From the NCBI GenBank assembly GCA_027020665.1, contig JALUVJ010000046.1:1-59935 (forward strand): a DNA stretch of 59,935 nt, written 5' to 3'. Position 1 is the stretch's first letter. Each line of letters opens with the position of its first letter. Positions 48,083 through 57,061 of this stretch are shown in pieces. Position numbers and translations under genes: made by a program. The DNA comes from Nitrospira sp. Lineage in GTDB: Bacteria > Nitrospirota > Nitrospiria > SBBL01 > JAADHI01. Under the pieces are notes generated by a model, which worked only from the letters and a program-made list of their open reading frames with translations, searched no databases and was not told the DNA's origin.

Positions 48083-50104
48083 TTAGAGACCGGAATAAAT
48101 AAAGCAGTGGGTTTGTTGGTTTTCGCTGATGCGGGTGGCCTCCGGATATTCTTCGCGGCAGACCGGCATGGCCTGCGGGCAGCGCGGATGAAAAAAACAG
48201 CCTTGCGGCGGATTGATCGGAGAGGGTAAATCCCCCTCGATACGGATAATCAGCCGTTTTTTTTCAGGATCAATTTGGGGAACGGCGGAAAGCAGGGCGC
48301 GGGTGTAGGGATGTTTGGGATCGCTCAAAACCGCTGAAACCGTGCCGTATTCGACGATGCGCCCCAGGTACATCACGGCGACCTCATGGGCAAAATAATC
48401 CACCACTGAAAGATCATGTGTAATAAAAAGATAGGCCAGGCCGTAATCGGATTGCAATTGTTTGAGCAGGTTCAAGACCTGTGCCTGAACAGAGACATCC
48501 AGCGCGCTCGTCGGCTCGTCACAGACGATGAGTTTTGGGCGCACGGCAAGCACACGGGCAATGCAAATCCGTTGGCGCTGCCCGCCTGAAAACTCGTGCG
48601 GATAACGGTATTTGGCGTCTGCCGGCAAACCCACCTGGGCCAAAAGCGCATCCAGCCAGTCTTCCCCTTTATTTTGAGCAACTTCGACTTTTAAAGCATT
48701 CACACCCTCTTTGATAATGTCGCCGACCAGCATCCGGGGGTTGAGTGAGGAATACGGGTCTTGAAAAATGATTTGGAAATCGCGCCGTTTTTTTCGAAGC
48801 ACTTCGCCGGAAAGGCGCGACAAGTCTTCATTTTCAAATAAAATCGCACCATCCGTTTGTGGAATTAACTGCAGGATGGCCTTGCCTACTGTCGTTTTTC
48901 CGCAGCCGGACTCTCCCACCAAGGCGACCGTGCGACCGGAATCCACTTTAAGAGAAAGCCCGTCCACGGCCTTCACATGGCCCACCACCCGTTTAAAAAA
49001 GCCTTTTCGGATGGGGAAATGCACTTTGAGATCCGAGATGTGCAGAAGGCTTCGGTCTTCGTCTTCTACGGAAAGCGTGTCGGCATGGGCCGAAGCGGCT
49101 CCCGCTTTTTGCACAAGGTCCGAACGCTTTTCAGGGTGCTCGGCCAAATGACAACGTACGCCGCCCTGTTCTGTCGGGGTCCAAGACGGGACGGTTTCTT
49201 CACAAAGCGCCCAGGCACTATCGCAACGGTTTGAAAAACGACAGTTCCGGAAAGGGTGATTCAAGGGCGGTACGGTCCCGCGGATGACTTCGAGGGCTTC
49301 CCCGCGTTTCTTTTTTCCCGGCAAAGAGCTGAGCAGTTTTTGTGAATACGGGTGTTGTGGGGAAGCAAAGAAAGCCGCGCGTTCTCCCCGCTCTACGATT
49401 TCCCCTGCGTACATGACGGCAACTTCATCGGCCATTTCCGCTACAATGCCGAGATCGTGTGTGATCAGCAAAATGGCCATGCCCCGCTCTTTTTGAAGTT
49501 TTCGCAGCAGGTCGAGAATCTGCGCCTGAATGGTGACATCCAGCGCAGTTGTGGGCTCATCCGCGATCAGCAAATCCGGTTCCCCGGAGAGGGCTATTGC
49601 GATCATGACCCGTTGTTTCATGCCGCCTGAAATCTGGTGGGGATATTCACTGTAACGCAGGCTCGGATCGGGAATCCCCACCAAGTCAAGTAAAGCAGTG
49701 GCCCGGCGTTTGGCCTCTTTTGCATTCAACTTCAGGTGATATTCAAGTGTTTCACGGATTTGATCGCCGATGGTCATGACCGGATTCAAGCTGGTCATGG
49801 GTTCCTGAAAGATCATCGAGATGCGATTCCCGCGCAGGATACGCATTGCCACTTCAGGCAGTTGGCCCAGATCCTCTCCGTCGAGCAGGATTTCGCCGGA
49901 TACAATTTCTCCTGCGGGTTTCGGAACGAGTTTCATGATGGAAAGTGCCGTCATCGACTTTCCGCAGCCGGATTCCCCCACCAAGGCAAAGGTCCGTCCG
50001 CGTGGAATCTCGAAAGAGACCCCGTCCACCGCGTTGACAATGCCGTCTTCCGTGGAAAAGCGGGTTTTAAGATCTTTAATTTGAAGCAGGTTTTGAGGCA
50101 TCAC
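48083..50104 (-). CDS. Dipeptide/oligopeptide ABC transporter ATP-binding protein (fused DppD-DppF)
   Basis: Two ABC domains ([16 protein letters not shown]), SGG signatures, Cys-rich oligo_HPY C-terminal regions. Confidence 0.92.
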   Translation of the reverse strand: MMPQNLLQIKDLKTRFSTEDGIVNAVDGVSFEIPRGRTFALVGESGCGKSMTALSIMKLVPKPAGEIVSGEILLDGEDLGQLPEVAMRILRGNRISMIFQEPMTSLNPVMTIGDQIRETLEYHLKLNAKEAKRRATALLDLVGIPDPSLRYSEYPHQISGGMKQRVMIAIALSGEPDLLIADEPTTALDVTIQAQILDLLRKLQKERGMAILLITHDLGIVAEMADEVAVMYAGEIVERGERAAFFASPQHPYSQKLLSSLPGKKKRGEALEVIRGTVPPLNHPFRNCRFSNRCDSAWALCEETVPSWTPTEQGGVRCHLAEHPEKRSDLVQKAGAASAHADTLSVEDEDRSLLHISDLKVHFPIRKGFFKRVVGHVKAVDGLSLKVDSGRTVALVGESGCGKTTVGKAILQLIPQTDGAILFENEDLSRLSGEVLRKKRRDFQIIFQDPYSSLNPRMLVGDIIKEGVNALKVEVAQNKGEDWLDALLAQVGLPADAKYRYPHEFSGGQRQRICIARVLAVRPKLIVCDEPTSALDVSVQAQVLNLLKQLQSDYGLAYLFITHDLSVVDYFAHEVAVMYLGRIVEYGTVSAVLSDPKHPYTRALLSAVPQIDPEKKRLIIRIEGDLPSPINPPQGCFFHPRCPQAMPVCREEYPEATRISENQQTHCFIYSGL

Positions 50105-50384
50105 GCTCTATTGCGGTTGAAGGCTATTCCCCTGCAATCATACTGAAATAGTTCCATGAGGAGAATAATCTCATAATTTTTCACGCATGTAATCTTTTTT
50201 ATTCATCGGAATTTTCTTAAATCCCCGGATATCTTGGTGACCGGAATGATCCTCGTGCCGGAATAAGACGGATTTTCCCGAACAAAACAAACGATTGGGG
50301 CACCGATGAATCAAATTTTTAGGGTGTGCCAACATTCAACATGCCCTAAATTCAAGAGTTCGAATTTTATTTTGCCGTGAACCC

Positions 50385-50424
50385 TTGACAATTTGTTGCT
50401 TCGGCATTAAGTTGTATGTACAAC
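50385..50424 (+). promoter_or_regulatory. marR promoter with overlapping palindromic operator
   Basis: TTGACA-17 bp-TAAGTT; GTTGTATGTACAAC near-palindrome at 50411-50424. Confidence 0.6.
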
Positions 50425-50461
50425 ACCAAGAAAAAGGGATATCTTGGGTCAAGATGAGGAC

Positions 50462-50893
50462 ATGAAAACAGAGGAATGTGTGTGCATTGCTGGAAAGCTG
50501 CGTCTGCTCAATCGTGTGGTCACGAGTATTTACGACGACGCACTTCGTCCGACGGGCATGACAATTTGCCAAATGACCCTGTTGACGGTGATCGGAGAAT
50601 CGGGATTGACGACCCCGACGGAGGTCAGTGCCTGTTTGCAGGTCGAAAAATCCACTTTGAGTCGGAATTTAAACCGATTGCGAAAACAGGGTTGGCTGGA
50701 GATGCTTTCAGATGCGCATGGCAGCGGGCAGCGGCTTAAATTGACTGAAGAAGGGCAAGCCATGTTGGAAAAAGGCAAGCCGCATTGGATTGTCGCACAG
50801 GGAAAGGCCCTAAGACTCTTAGGGGATCGTGGGGTGAAAGATTTGGTCGCTTTGGCTGAGCTTGTCTGTTCGCAGCAAAAGAATGGCCTGTAG
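50462..50893 (+). CDS. MarR-family regulator with an N-terminal CxC
   Basis: ECVC..LRLLNRVVTSIYDDALRPTG and STLSRNLNRL..GW, LTEEG motifs; GAGGA SD. Confidence 0.88.
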   Translation: MKTEECVCIAGKLRLLNRVVTSIYDDALRPTGMTICQMTLLTVIGESGLTTPTEVSACLQVEKSTLSRNLNRLRKQGWLEMLSDAHGSGQRLKLTEEGQAMLEKGKPHWIVAQGKALRLLGDRGVKDLVALAELVCSQQKNGL

Positions 50894-50910
50894 TTTTTTT
50901 TGAATGAATG

Positions 50911-50925
50911 AGTTGTATATACAAT
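50911..50925. promoter_or_regulatory. Second copy of the palindromic operator
   Basis: AGTTGTATATACAAT, with a perfect TTGTATATACAA core, just upstream of the microprotein SD. Confidence 0.6.
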
Positions 50926-50941
50926 GAAATGGGAGGTGGAT

Positions 50942-51112
50942 ATGTCGTGTTTACGTTGCGGGGGTTTAATGGTGAGCGACCGTTTTTATGATTATCGGGA
51001 TGATACCGGGCAGAACGAATTTGAGGGTTATCGCTGTTTGGTATGCGGAGAAGTCTTGGATCAGGTGATTCTTTTGCATCGCGCGCAGGCAGAATCAAGC
51101 TTGGTGCATTGA
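50942..51112 (+). CDS. Small CxxC-x25-CxxC (zinc-ribbon-like) protein, paralogue 1
   Basis: 56 aa, MSCLRCGGLMV...GYRCLVCGEVLD; GGAGGTG SD; paralogue at 53822. Confidence 0.8.
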   Translation: MSCLRCGGLMVSDRFYDYRDDTGQNEFEGYRCLVCGEVLDQVILLHRAQAESSLVH

Positions 51113-51240
51113 AGGAAGCACACCGAAAAGCCAAATTGCAAGCATTAAAACGTGTCGGTTTATGGGCATGTCGGTACAGACATCATACAAAAAATAAATT
51201 TCATACATCGGTAAAAATAAGGAGCGTTAAACCGGCGTTT

Positions 51241-51278
51241 TTCCCCAGGATTCTTTTGCAGGCCCTGGGGATTTTTTC
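51241..51278 (+). terminator. Probable terminator after marR-microprotein
   Basis: TCCCCAGG...CCTGGGGA followed by TTTTTT. Confidence 0.5.
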
Positions 51279-51367
51279 TGTATTGCTTCGTTGCTTTCTT
51301 TTCGGTACAATAAAAATTTGTTTAATTTATGAACGTTTTTTGAGCAATTCATAAGGAAAGCCATAGC

Positions 51368-52306
51368 ATGTTGAAGCGAAAAAAAGTGACGGTGATCGGT
51401 GCGGGACATGTGGGGGCCACGGCCGCCCAGCGTCTGGCGGAGAAGGAAGTTGCCGATGTGGTATTGGTGGATATTGAGGAAGATATGCCGAAAGGAAAGG
51501 CGCTTGATCTTGCCGAGGCGGCGCCGATTTATGCTTATGACAGCCGTTTGAGCGGTGGTGCGGCTTATGAAGAAACAGCGGGTTCCGACATTGTCGTCAT
51601 TACCTCCGGACTGCCCAGAAAACCCGGCATGAGCCGGGATGATTTGTTGCGTGTGAATGCAAAAATCGTGAAGGAAGTCACAGAGAAAGCCGCCGCAAAA
51701 TCGCCGGATGCGATTTTGATCGTGGTTTCAAATCCCCTTGACGCGATGACCTATGTTGCACATCGCGTGAGCGGCTTTAAGAAAGAGCGGGTGCTCGGCA
51801 TGGCGGGGGTGCTGGATGCGGCCCGCTTCAAGGCATTTCTCTCAATGGAGCTCAATGTTTCGGTTGAAAACATTCAGACCTTGGTTTTGGGCGGACATGG
51901 TGACAGCATGGTACCACTGCTCCGTTATACGACCGTTTCGGGCATTCCGGTGACGGCCTTGATTTCAAAAGACCGCCTGGACGAAATCGTGCAGCGGACG
52001 CGCGCGGGCGGCGCTGAAATCGTGAAACTCCTGAAAACGGGTTCGGCCTATTATGCCCCTTCCGCTGCGATTATTGAGATGGTTGAATCCATTTTAAAAG
52101 ACAAAAACAAAATCCTCCCTTGCTCCGCCCTCTGCACGGGAGAGTACAAACTAAATGATGTTTTTATCGGTGTGCCGGTTCGATTGGGTCATGCCGGCAT
52201 CGCCCAAATTTACGAAATCAATCTGACCGCAGAGGAAGCCGCTGCGCTAAATGTTTCCGCAAGCACCGTTCAAGACCTCTGTAAGATCGCCAGCGAAGTG
52301 CTCTAA
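51368..52306 (+). CDS. mdh: Malate dehydrogenase (LDH-like)
   Basis: [36 protein letters not shown] and GSAYYAP motifs. Confidence 0.95.
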   Translation: MLKRKKVTVIGAGHVGATAAQRLAEKEVADVVLVDIEEDMPKGKALDLAEAAPIYAYDSRLSGGAAYEETAGSDIVVITSGLPRKPGMSRDDLLRVNAKIVKEVTEKAAAKSPDAILIVVSNPLDAMTYVAHRVSGFKKERVLGMAGVLDAARFKAFLSMELNVSVENIQTLVLGGHGDSMVPLLRYTTVSGIPVTALISKDRLDEIVQRTRAGGAEIVKLLKTGSAYYAPSAAIIEMVESILKDKNKILPCSALCTGEYKLNDVFIGVPVRLGHAGIAQIYEINLTAEEAAALNVSASTVQDLCKIASEVL

Positions 52307-52351
52307 GTTTTTTCAATCGGGGCTGACCCGGATAGTTAAGGAAGAAGACTA

Positions 52352-53662
52352 TTGACGAAATTGGCCATTATCGGCGCCGGAAAAGGGGGAACGGCCCTCA
52401 TCGAAATTTTGCATAAGGACCCTTTGGTCAAGATCGTGGGCATTGCGGACCCCTATGCAAAGGCACCGGGACTGGATTTGGCGCGTCGGCACAAAATCCG
52501 GGCGGTGACGGATTACCGTGAACTGCTTCAAGAGGATGTGGATCTTGTCATCGACGTGACGGGAAACAATGCGGTGCGCGAGGCCCTTGAAAAGGACAGT
52601 GACGGCATTGAGGTCATCGGCGGTTTGGCGGCCAAGTTTATGTGGCAATTAATCGAAGAACGCATCAAAAGCAAGATGATGCGCGAGACGATTCGGGCCC
52701 GTTACTCTTTTGAAAACATGATCGGCAAGAATGAAAAGATGGAAGCCATCTACGAGCTGATCCCCAAAATTGCCACAACAAAGGCTACGGTTTTGATTGA
52801 GGGGGAAAGCGGCACGGGCAAGGAATTGGTTGCGCATTCCATCCATCAATACAGCACGCGCGAGGACAAAGCCTTTATCCGGGTCAATTGTGCGGCGCTT
52901 GCGGAAAGCTTGCTGGAAAGCGAGCTTTTCGGGCATGTGCGCGGTGCGTTTACAGGCGCCGTGGCGCACAAACTGGGACGCTTTGAATTGGCCGACGGCG
53001 GCACCCTTTTTCTGGATGAAATTGGTGAAATCAGTTTGTCGACACAAGCGAAACTCTTACGGGCCGTGCAGGATGGCGAAATCGAAAAAGTGGGGGATAC
53101 CCGCCGCATTAAGGTGGATGTGCGTGTAATCGCAGCGACAAATAAAGATCTGAAGCAGGCAGTGGAAAATGGGGAATTCCGGCATGACCTGTATTATCGC
53201 CTCAAAGTGGTGCCGATTTCGCTTCCGCCCTTGCGAGAGCGCAAGGATGATATTCCGCTATTGGTCGATCATTTTATTCAGCGTTTTAATACGGAGATGG
53301 TGCGGAAGGTGACAAAGGTTGCCCCTGAAGTCATGCAGATCTTAAACGCCTATGATTTTCCGGGGAACATTCGGGAACTGGAAAACATCATCGAACATGC
53401 GATGGTCTTTTGCACCGGCGATACCCTGGAAGCAGATTACCTTCAAAAAGAGATTCAACCGGCGCGAAAAAGTGTGATTCATAACGTGGTCGAAGATGAA
53501 GATCCCTTGCACGCAATGGAAGAAGCGTTGATCTTGAATGTCTTAAATCAGACAAAGTGGAATTACAAAAAAACGGCTGAAAAATTGAAGATGAGTCGGA
53601 CGACACTCTGGAGAAAAATTAAAATATACGGTCTGACGAAACCCGATCCTGTTTCACAATGA
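52352..53662 (+). CDS. Sigma54-dependent activator with an N-terminal Rossmann-like domain
   Basis: AIIGAGKGG N-domain; GESGTGKE, GAFTGA, LFLDEI and FPGNIREL motifs; Fis-type HTH; TTG start. Confidence 0.9.
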   Translation: MTKLAIIGAGKGGTALIEILHKDPLVKIVGIADPYAKAPGLDLARRHKIRAVTDYRELLQEDVDLVIDVTGNNAVREALEKDSDGIEVIGGLAAKFMWQLIEERIKSKMMRETIRARYSFENMIGKNEKMEAIYELIPKIATTKATVLIEGESGTGKELVAHSIHQYSTREDKAFIRVNCAALAESLLESELFGHVRGAFTGAVAHKLGRFELADGGTLFLDEIGEISLSTQAKLLRAVQDGEIEKVGDTRRIKVDVRVIAATNKDLKQAVENGEFRHDLYYRLKVVPISLPPLRERKDDIPLLVDHFIQRFNTEMVRKVTKVAPEVMQILNAYDFPGNIRELENIIEHAMVFCTGDTLEADYLQKEIQPARKSVIHNVVEDEDPLHAMEEALILNVLNQTKWNYKKTAEKLKMSRTTLWRKIKIYGLTKPDPVSQ

Positions 53663-53695
53663 AACCGTAAGATGATGTTCGTTTCTTTATGAAAC
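53651..53695. promoter_or_regulatory. Tandem palindromic upstream activator sequences
   Basis: GTTTCACAATGAAAC (53651) and GTTTCTTTATGAAAC (53681), 30 bp apart, upstream of a sigma54 promoter. Confidence 0.65.
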
Positions 53696-53760
53696 GCCAA
53701 TTTGAAACGTTGAAAATGTGAACATGTTGATTTAATAAGGTATTTTCTTGATTTTTAGTA

Positions 53761-53776
53761 TGGCATGAACATTGCT
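53761..53776 (+). promoter_or_regulatory. Sigma54 (-24/-12) promoter
   Basis: TGGCATGAACATTGCT matches TGGCA-N6-TTGC with correct GG-N10-GC spacing. Confidence 0.8.
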
Positions 53777-53821
53777 GTATTATTGAGGCAAATATCATTT
53801 CATTCAACAGGGAGGGTTAAA

Positions 53822-54013
53822 ATGAGTTGTCCAAGATGCAGCGGTTTTATGGTTGCTCAGAGTTTTGAAGACTTAAGAAGTGATACGGGGGAGTTGTCTT
53901 TTCGGGGTTTTCGATGCATGATTTGCGGGGAAATTGTTGATCCTCAAATCAGTTCGAACCGAGAGCATCGGCCGCATCATCAGGCAAGAAATCGGAAATT
54001 GATGTCGTATTAA
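53822..54013 (+). CDS. Small CxxC-x25-CxxC (zinc-ribbon-like) protein, paralogue 2
   Basis: 63 aa, MSCPRCSGFMV...GFRCMICGEIVDPQI; GGAGG SD. Confidence 0.8.
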   Translation: MSCPRCSGFMVAQSFEDLRSDTGELSFRGFRCMICGEIVDPQISSNREHRPHHQARNRKLMSY

Positions 54014-54041
54014 AGGTCTTTTTGATAAAGGGGAGCGTAGG

Positions 54042-54199
54042 GGAAGCTCTCATTAAGTCATGAGTTTTTTTCGAGGCAAAATGTTCAGCTTCTGCCTTGA
54101 AAATTTTGTAAATAGCAGGGGCTATTCTTTGAAATTTGCGCCTTGAATCCGAACATTGTATCTCTCGAAAAATTCAACCCGGACTCAATCAGAGCGTCC
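54042..54199. mobile_element. 158-bp palindromic MITE-like element
   Basis: Imperfect ~35-bp terminal inverted repeats (GGAAGCTCTCATTAAGTC...TTTTTCGAG / CTCGAAAAA...GACTCAATCAGAGCGTCC), inner AATGTTC/GAACATT repeat, central AATAGC-AGGG-GCTATT hairpin. Confidence 0.7.
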
Positions 54200-54214
54200 T
54201 AAAGGAAATCATTT

Positions 54215-55510
54215 GTGGAAGCAACGCGTATTTTAACGGAAAAAGATGTTTCCTTAACAGGGCTTTGTGCAGTCTCCCCCTTGTCTTATGAGAATTATGT
54301 TTTAAAAGGAGGTTATGTCGGACTCACGAAGGCAATTGATTCATTGGGGCCTTCCGGCGTGAGAGACGCCGTGAAGGCCTCGGGTTTGCGCGGACGCGGA
54401 GGCGCCGGTTTTCCGACCTGGAAAAAGTGGGATATGGTGATGCGGCAGGCCGAGAAGAAACGGTATCTCTGTTGCAATGCCGCCGAGGACGAACCCGGCA
54501 CCTTTAAAGACCGTTACTTGCTGCGCTCAAATCCCCATCAATTAATTGAAGGGGTACTGATTGCGGCCTTTACCGTGGGCGCAAATGAAGCCTATCTTTT
54601 TATTAACTGCCGTTACGAAGAAGAACGGGCTTTTATGGCGGAGGCCCTGCGGATTTCAAAGGCGGCAGGTCACTGGGGTGAAGGGAGTGCTTCGGGGATA
54701 ACGCTTACGATTTGTGAAAGTCCGGGAAGTTATGTGGCCGGAGAAGAAACGGCCTTGCTTGAAGTCGTGGAGGGACGAGAGGCCAAACCGCGGCAGAAGC
54801 CGCCTTATTACCCCACGATGCACGGTCTTTACGGCAAACCCACCGTCGTCAATAACGCGGAAAGCCTGTCGAATGTGCCTTTTATCGTTCGGGAAGGTGC
54901 CGAGGCTTTTCAAGCCGTCGGCCTGCCGAGCTCACCGGGAACGATGGTTTTTACCCTCACGGGCGATGTAAATGTGCCGGGGCTTTACGAGCGCCCCTTG
55001 GGGACTTCATTGCGGACGGTGATTGATGATTGTGGTGAGGGCATCAAAAACGGGGCTTCACTGAAGGCCGTTTTTCCGGGAGGTCCTTCCGTGCCGGTCA
55101 TTCCGGCATCACAGGTGGATCTTCGTCTGGATTTTGATGGATTAAAAGCTGCGGGAACAGGTCTGGGCACAGGCGCAGTCATTGTAATGTCGGAAGCGTC
55201 GTGCATGGTTCAGACGGCCATTCAATATGCCCGTTTTTTTGCGAATGAAAGTTGCGGCCAATGCCCGCCCTGTAAATTAGGTACTGTGCATATTTCCGAA
55301 ATACTTGAGAAGATTGAGGCGGGTCAGGGCACAAGCGGTGACATCAAATTGGTGCGGCAATCCTGTGAGATGGTGAAAGGACGCGGCCAATGTTTTCTTT
55401 TGACGGGTGCGGCCATTGCGGTGGAAAGCATTCTCGGCCATTTCAGGCACGAATTTGAAGAACATGTCGGCGCAGGGCGATGCCCGCTCAGCTCGCAGCC
55501 TGTGGCTTAG
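54215..55510 (+). CDS. Stand-alone NuoF/HoxF-like NADH:flavin [4Fe-4S] oxidoreductase subunit
   Basis: SGLRGRGGAGFPT, EPGTFKDR, GEETALL, SLBB domain, ESCGQCPPC...C cluster motif; GTG start. Confidence 0.88.
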   Translation: MEATRILTEKDVSLTGLCAVSPLSYENYVLKGGYVGLTKAIDSLGPSGVRDAVKASGLRGRGGAGFPTWKKWDMVMRQAEKKRYLCCNAAEDEPGTFKDRYLLRSNPHQLIEGVLIAAFTVGANEAYLFINCRYEEERAFMAEALRISKAAGHWGEGSASGITLTICESPGSYVAGEETALLEVVEGREAKPRQKPPYYPTMHGLYGKPTVVNNAESLSNVPFIVREGAEAFQAVGLPSSPGTMVFTLTGDVNVPGLYERPLGTSLRTVIDDCGEGIKNGASLKAVFPGGPSVPVIPASQVDLRLDFDGLKAAGTGLGTGAVIVMSEASCMVQTAIQYARFFANESCGQCPPCKLGTVHISEILEKIEAGQGTSGDIKLVRQSCEMVKGRGQCFLLTGAAIAVESILGHFRHEFEEHVGAGRCPLSSQPVA

Positions 55511-55582
55511 CAGCAGCGCGCAAGGACAATGTTTTGATATAATACGAATGAGAAAGTGATACAAGCACGGCAGGAGGGAAAA

Positions 55583-55903
55583 ATGGTTATTATTACAGAA
55601 CGCGGCAGCGAAAAAGTGAAAGAAATCATGGCGGCCGAAGAGAAAGAGGGTTATGGTTTGCGGGTTTATGTCGAAGGCGGCGGCTGTTCCGGTTTTCAGT
55701 ATGGCATGGCCTTTGAGGAAAAAGAAAACGAAGAGGATGATGTGGTCGAAATGCATGGCCTGAAGCTGTTTGTTGATCCCTACAGCGCCCCGATGTTGAA
55801 GGGGACGGAAGTGGATTATATTGACGATCTGCAAAACGCGGGTTTCTCGATCAAAAATCCAAATGCAAAAACCACCTGCGGCTGCGGTCAATCTTTTAGT
55901 TAA
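55583..55903 (+). CDS. erpA: Iron-sulfur cluster insertion protein, ErpA/IscA family
   Basis: GLRVYVEGGGCSGFQY and NPNAKTTCGCGQSF motifs; AGGAGG SD. Confidence 0.9.
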   Translation: MVIITERGSEKVKEIMAAEEKEGYGLRVYVEGGGCSGFQYGMAFEEKENEEDDVVEMHGLKLFVDPYSAPMLKGTEVDYIDDLQNAGFSIKNPNAKTTCGCGQSFS

Positions 55904-56034
55904 TTTTTGAAAGATCCACAATGTGTTTCACCCTCTCTCAGATCTTTTTTGTAAAATTGAGAAAAAGTGCTGCCGGCAAAAGATTGAAGGCAGCATTTTT
56001 TGTTTTAAAATGGCACACTGAGCAAGTTGATTGA

Positions 56035-56247
56035 ATGGAAATTGTTATCAACGGCATCAAACAGCAGATACCGCAGGCTTCAAACCTTCTACAACTTTTG
56101 CAACGCTTTGAACTTGCGCCGGAGCGTATTGCCGTCGAGATTAATTTGACTGTCATCGACCGGGAAGCTTATGATGCGACCGTACTGCATGACGGCGACC
56201 AGATTGAAATCATTCGTTTTATAGGAGGAGGGGCAGATGCCTGTTGA
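56035..56247 (+). CDS. thiS: Sulfur carrier ThiS with a C-terminal extension
   Basis: INGI..., [22 protein letters not shown] followed by ADAC*; precedes thiG. Confidence 0.88.
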   Translation: MEIVINGIKQQIPQASNLLQLLQRFELAPERIAVEINLTVIDREAYDATVLHDGDQIEIIRFIGGGADAC

Positions 56248-57016
56248 GACACCCTTGGTGATTGGAGGCATCCCGTTTCGTTCACGTTTGATTGTGGGGA
56301 CGGGCAAATACGCCTCATTTGAAGAGACCCAAAAAGCGATCGAAGCCTCCGGGGCGGACTGTGTGACCGTCGCCGTCCGGCGCGTCAATATTTTGGACAA
56401 GGCCGAGGAAAACCTCCTGGATTATCTCGATCCGAAAATTTATAAAATCCTCCCGAATACCGCGGGGTGTTACACGGCGGAAGAAGCCGTTCGCACCGCG
56501 CGCCTTGCCCGCGCAGCCGGGGTGTCCGACATGGTCAAGCTGGAGGTGATCGGTGATCAACGCACTTTATTTCCGGATAACGAAGCCTTATTAGAAGCAA
56601 CGGAAGTTCTCGCAAAAGAAGGGTTTATCGTCTTGCCTTATACAAATGACGATCCCGTCATAGCCCGAAAATTGGTCGATGCGGGCGCTGCGGTCGTGAT
56701 GCCCTTGGCCGCACCCATCGGCTCAGGGCTTGGCATCCGAAATCCTTACAACATCCGAATTATCATGGAAACCGTTTCCGTCCCGATTATTGTTGATGCG
56801 GGCGTGGGCACGGCCTCGGATGCCGCGGTTGCCATGGAACTGGGCTGTGACGGCATTTTAATGAATACGGCCATTGCGGAGGCAGACAATCCCATTCAAA
56901 TGGCCGAAGCCATGAATTATGGCGTGAAAGCCGGTCGTTTGGCCTATCTGGCCGGACGCATTCCAAAAAAACTTTACGCACAAGCCAGCAGCCCGATTGA
57001 AGGTATGATTGAATAA
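56237..57016 (+). CDS. thiG: Thiazole synthase
   Basis: [32 protein letters not shown] and VDAGVG motifs. Confidence 0.96.
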   Translation: MPVETPLVIGGIPFRSRLIVGTGKYASFEETQKAIEASGADCVTVAVRRVNILDKAEENLLDYLDPKIYKILPNTAGCYTAEEAVRTARLARAAGVSDMVKLEVIGDQRTLFPDNEALLEATEVLAKEGFIVLPYTNDDPVIARKLVDAGAAVVMPLAAPIGSGLGIRNPYNIRIIMETVSVPIIVDAGVGTASDAAVAMELGCDGILMNTAIAEADNPIQMAEAMNYGVKAGRLAYLAGRIPKKLYAQASSPIEGMIE

Positions 57017-57061
57017 ATACGCCCGTCGCTTTGCCGTTCTTTTTTTCTAAAATCACGCCGT

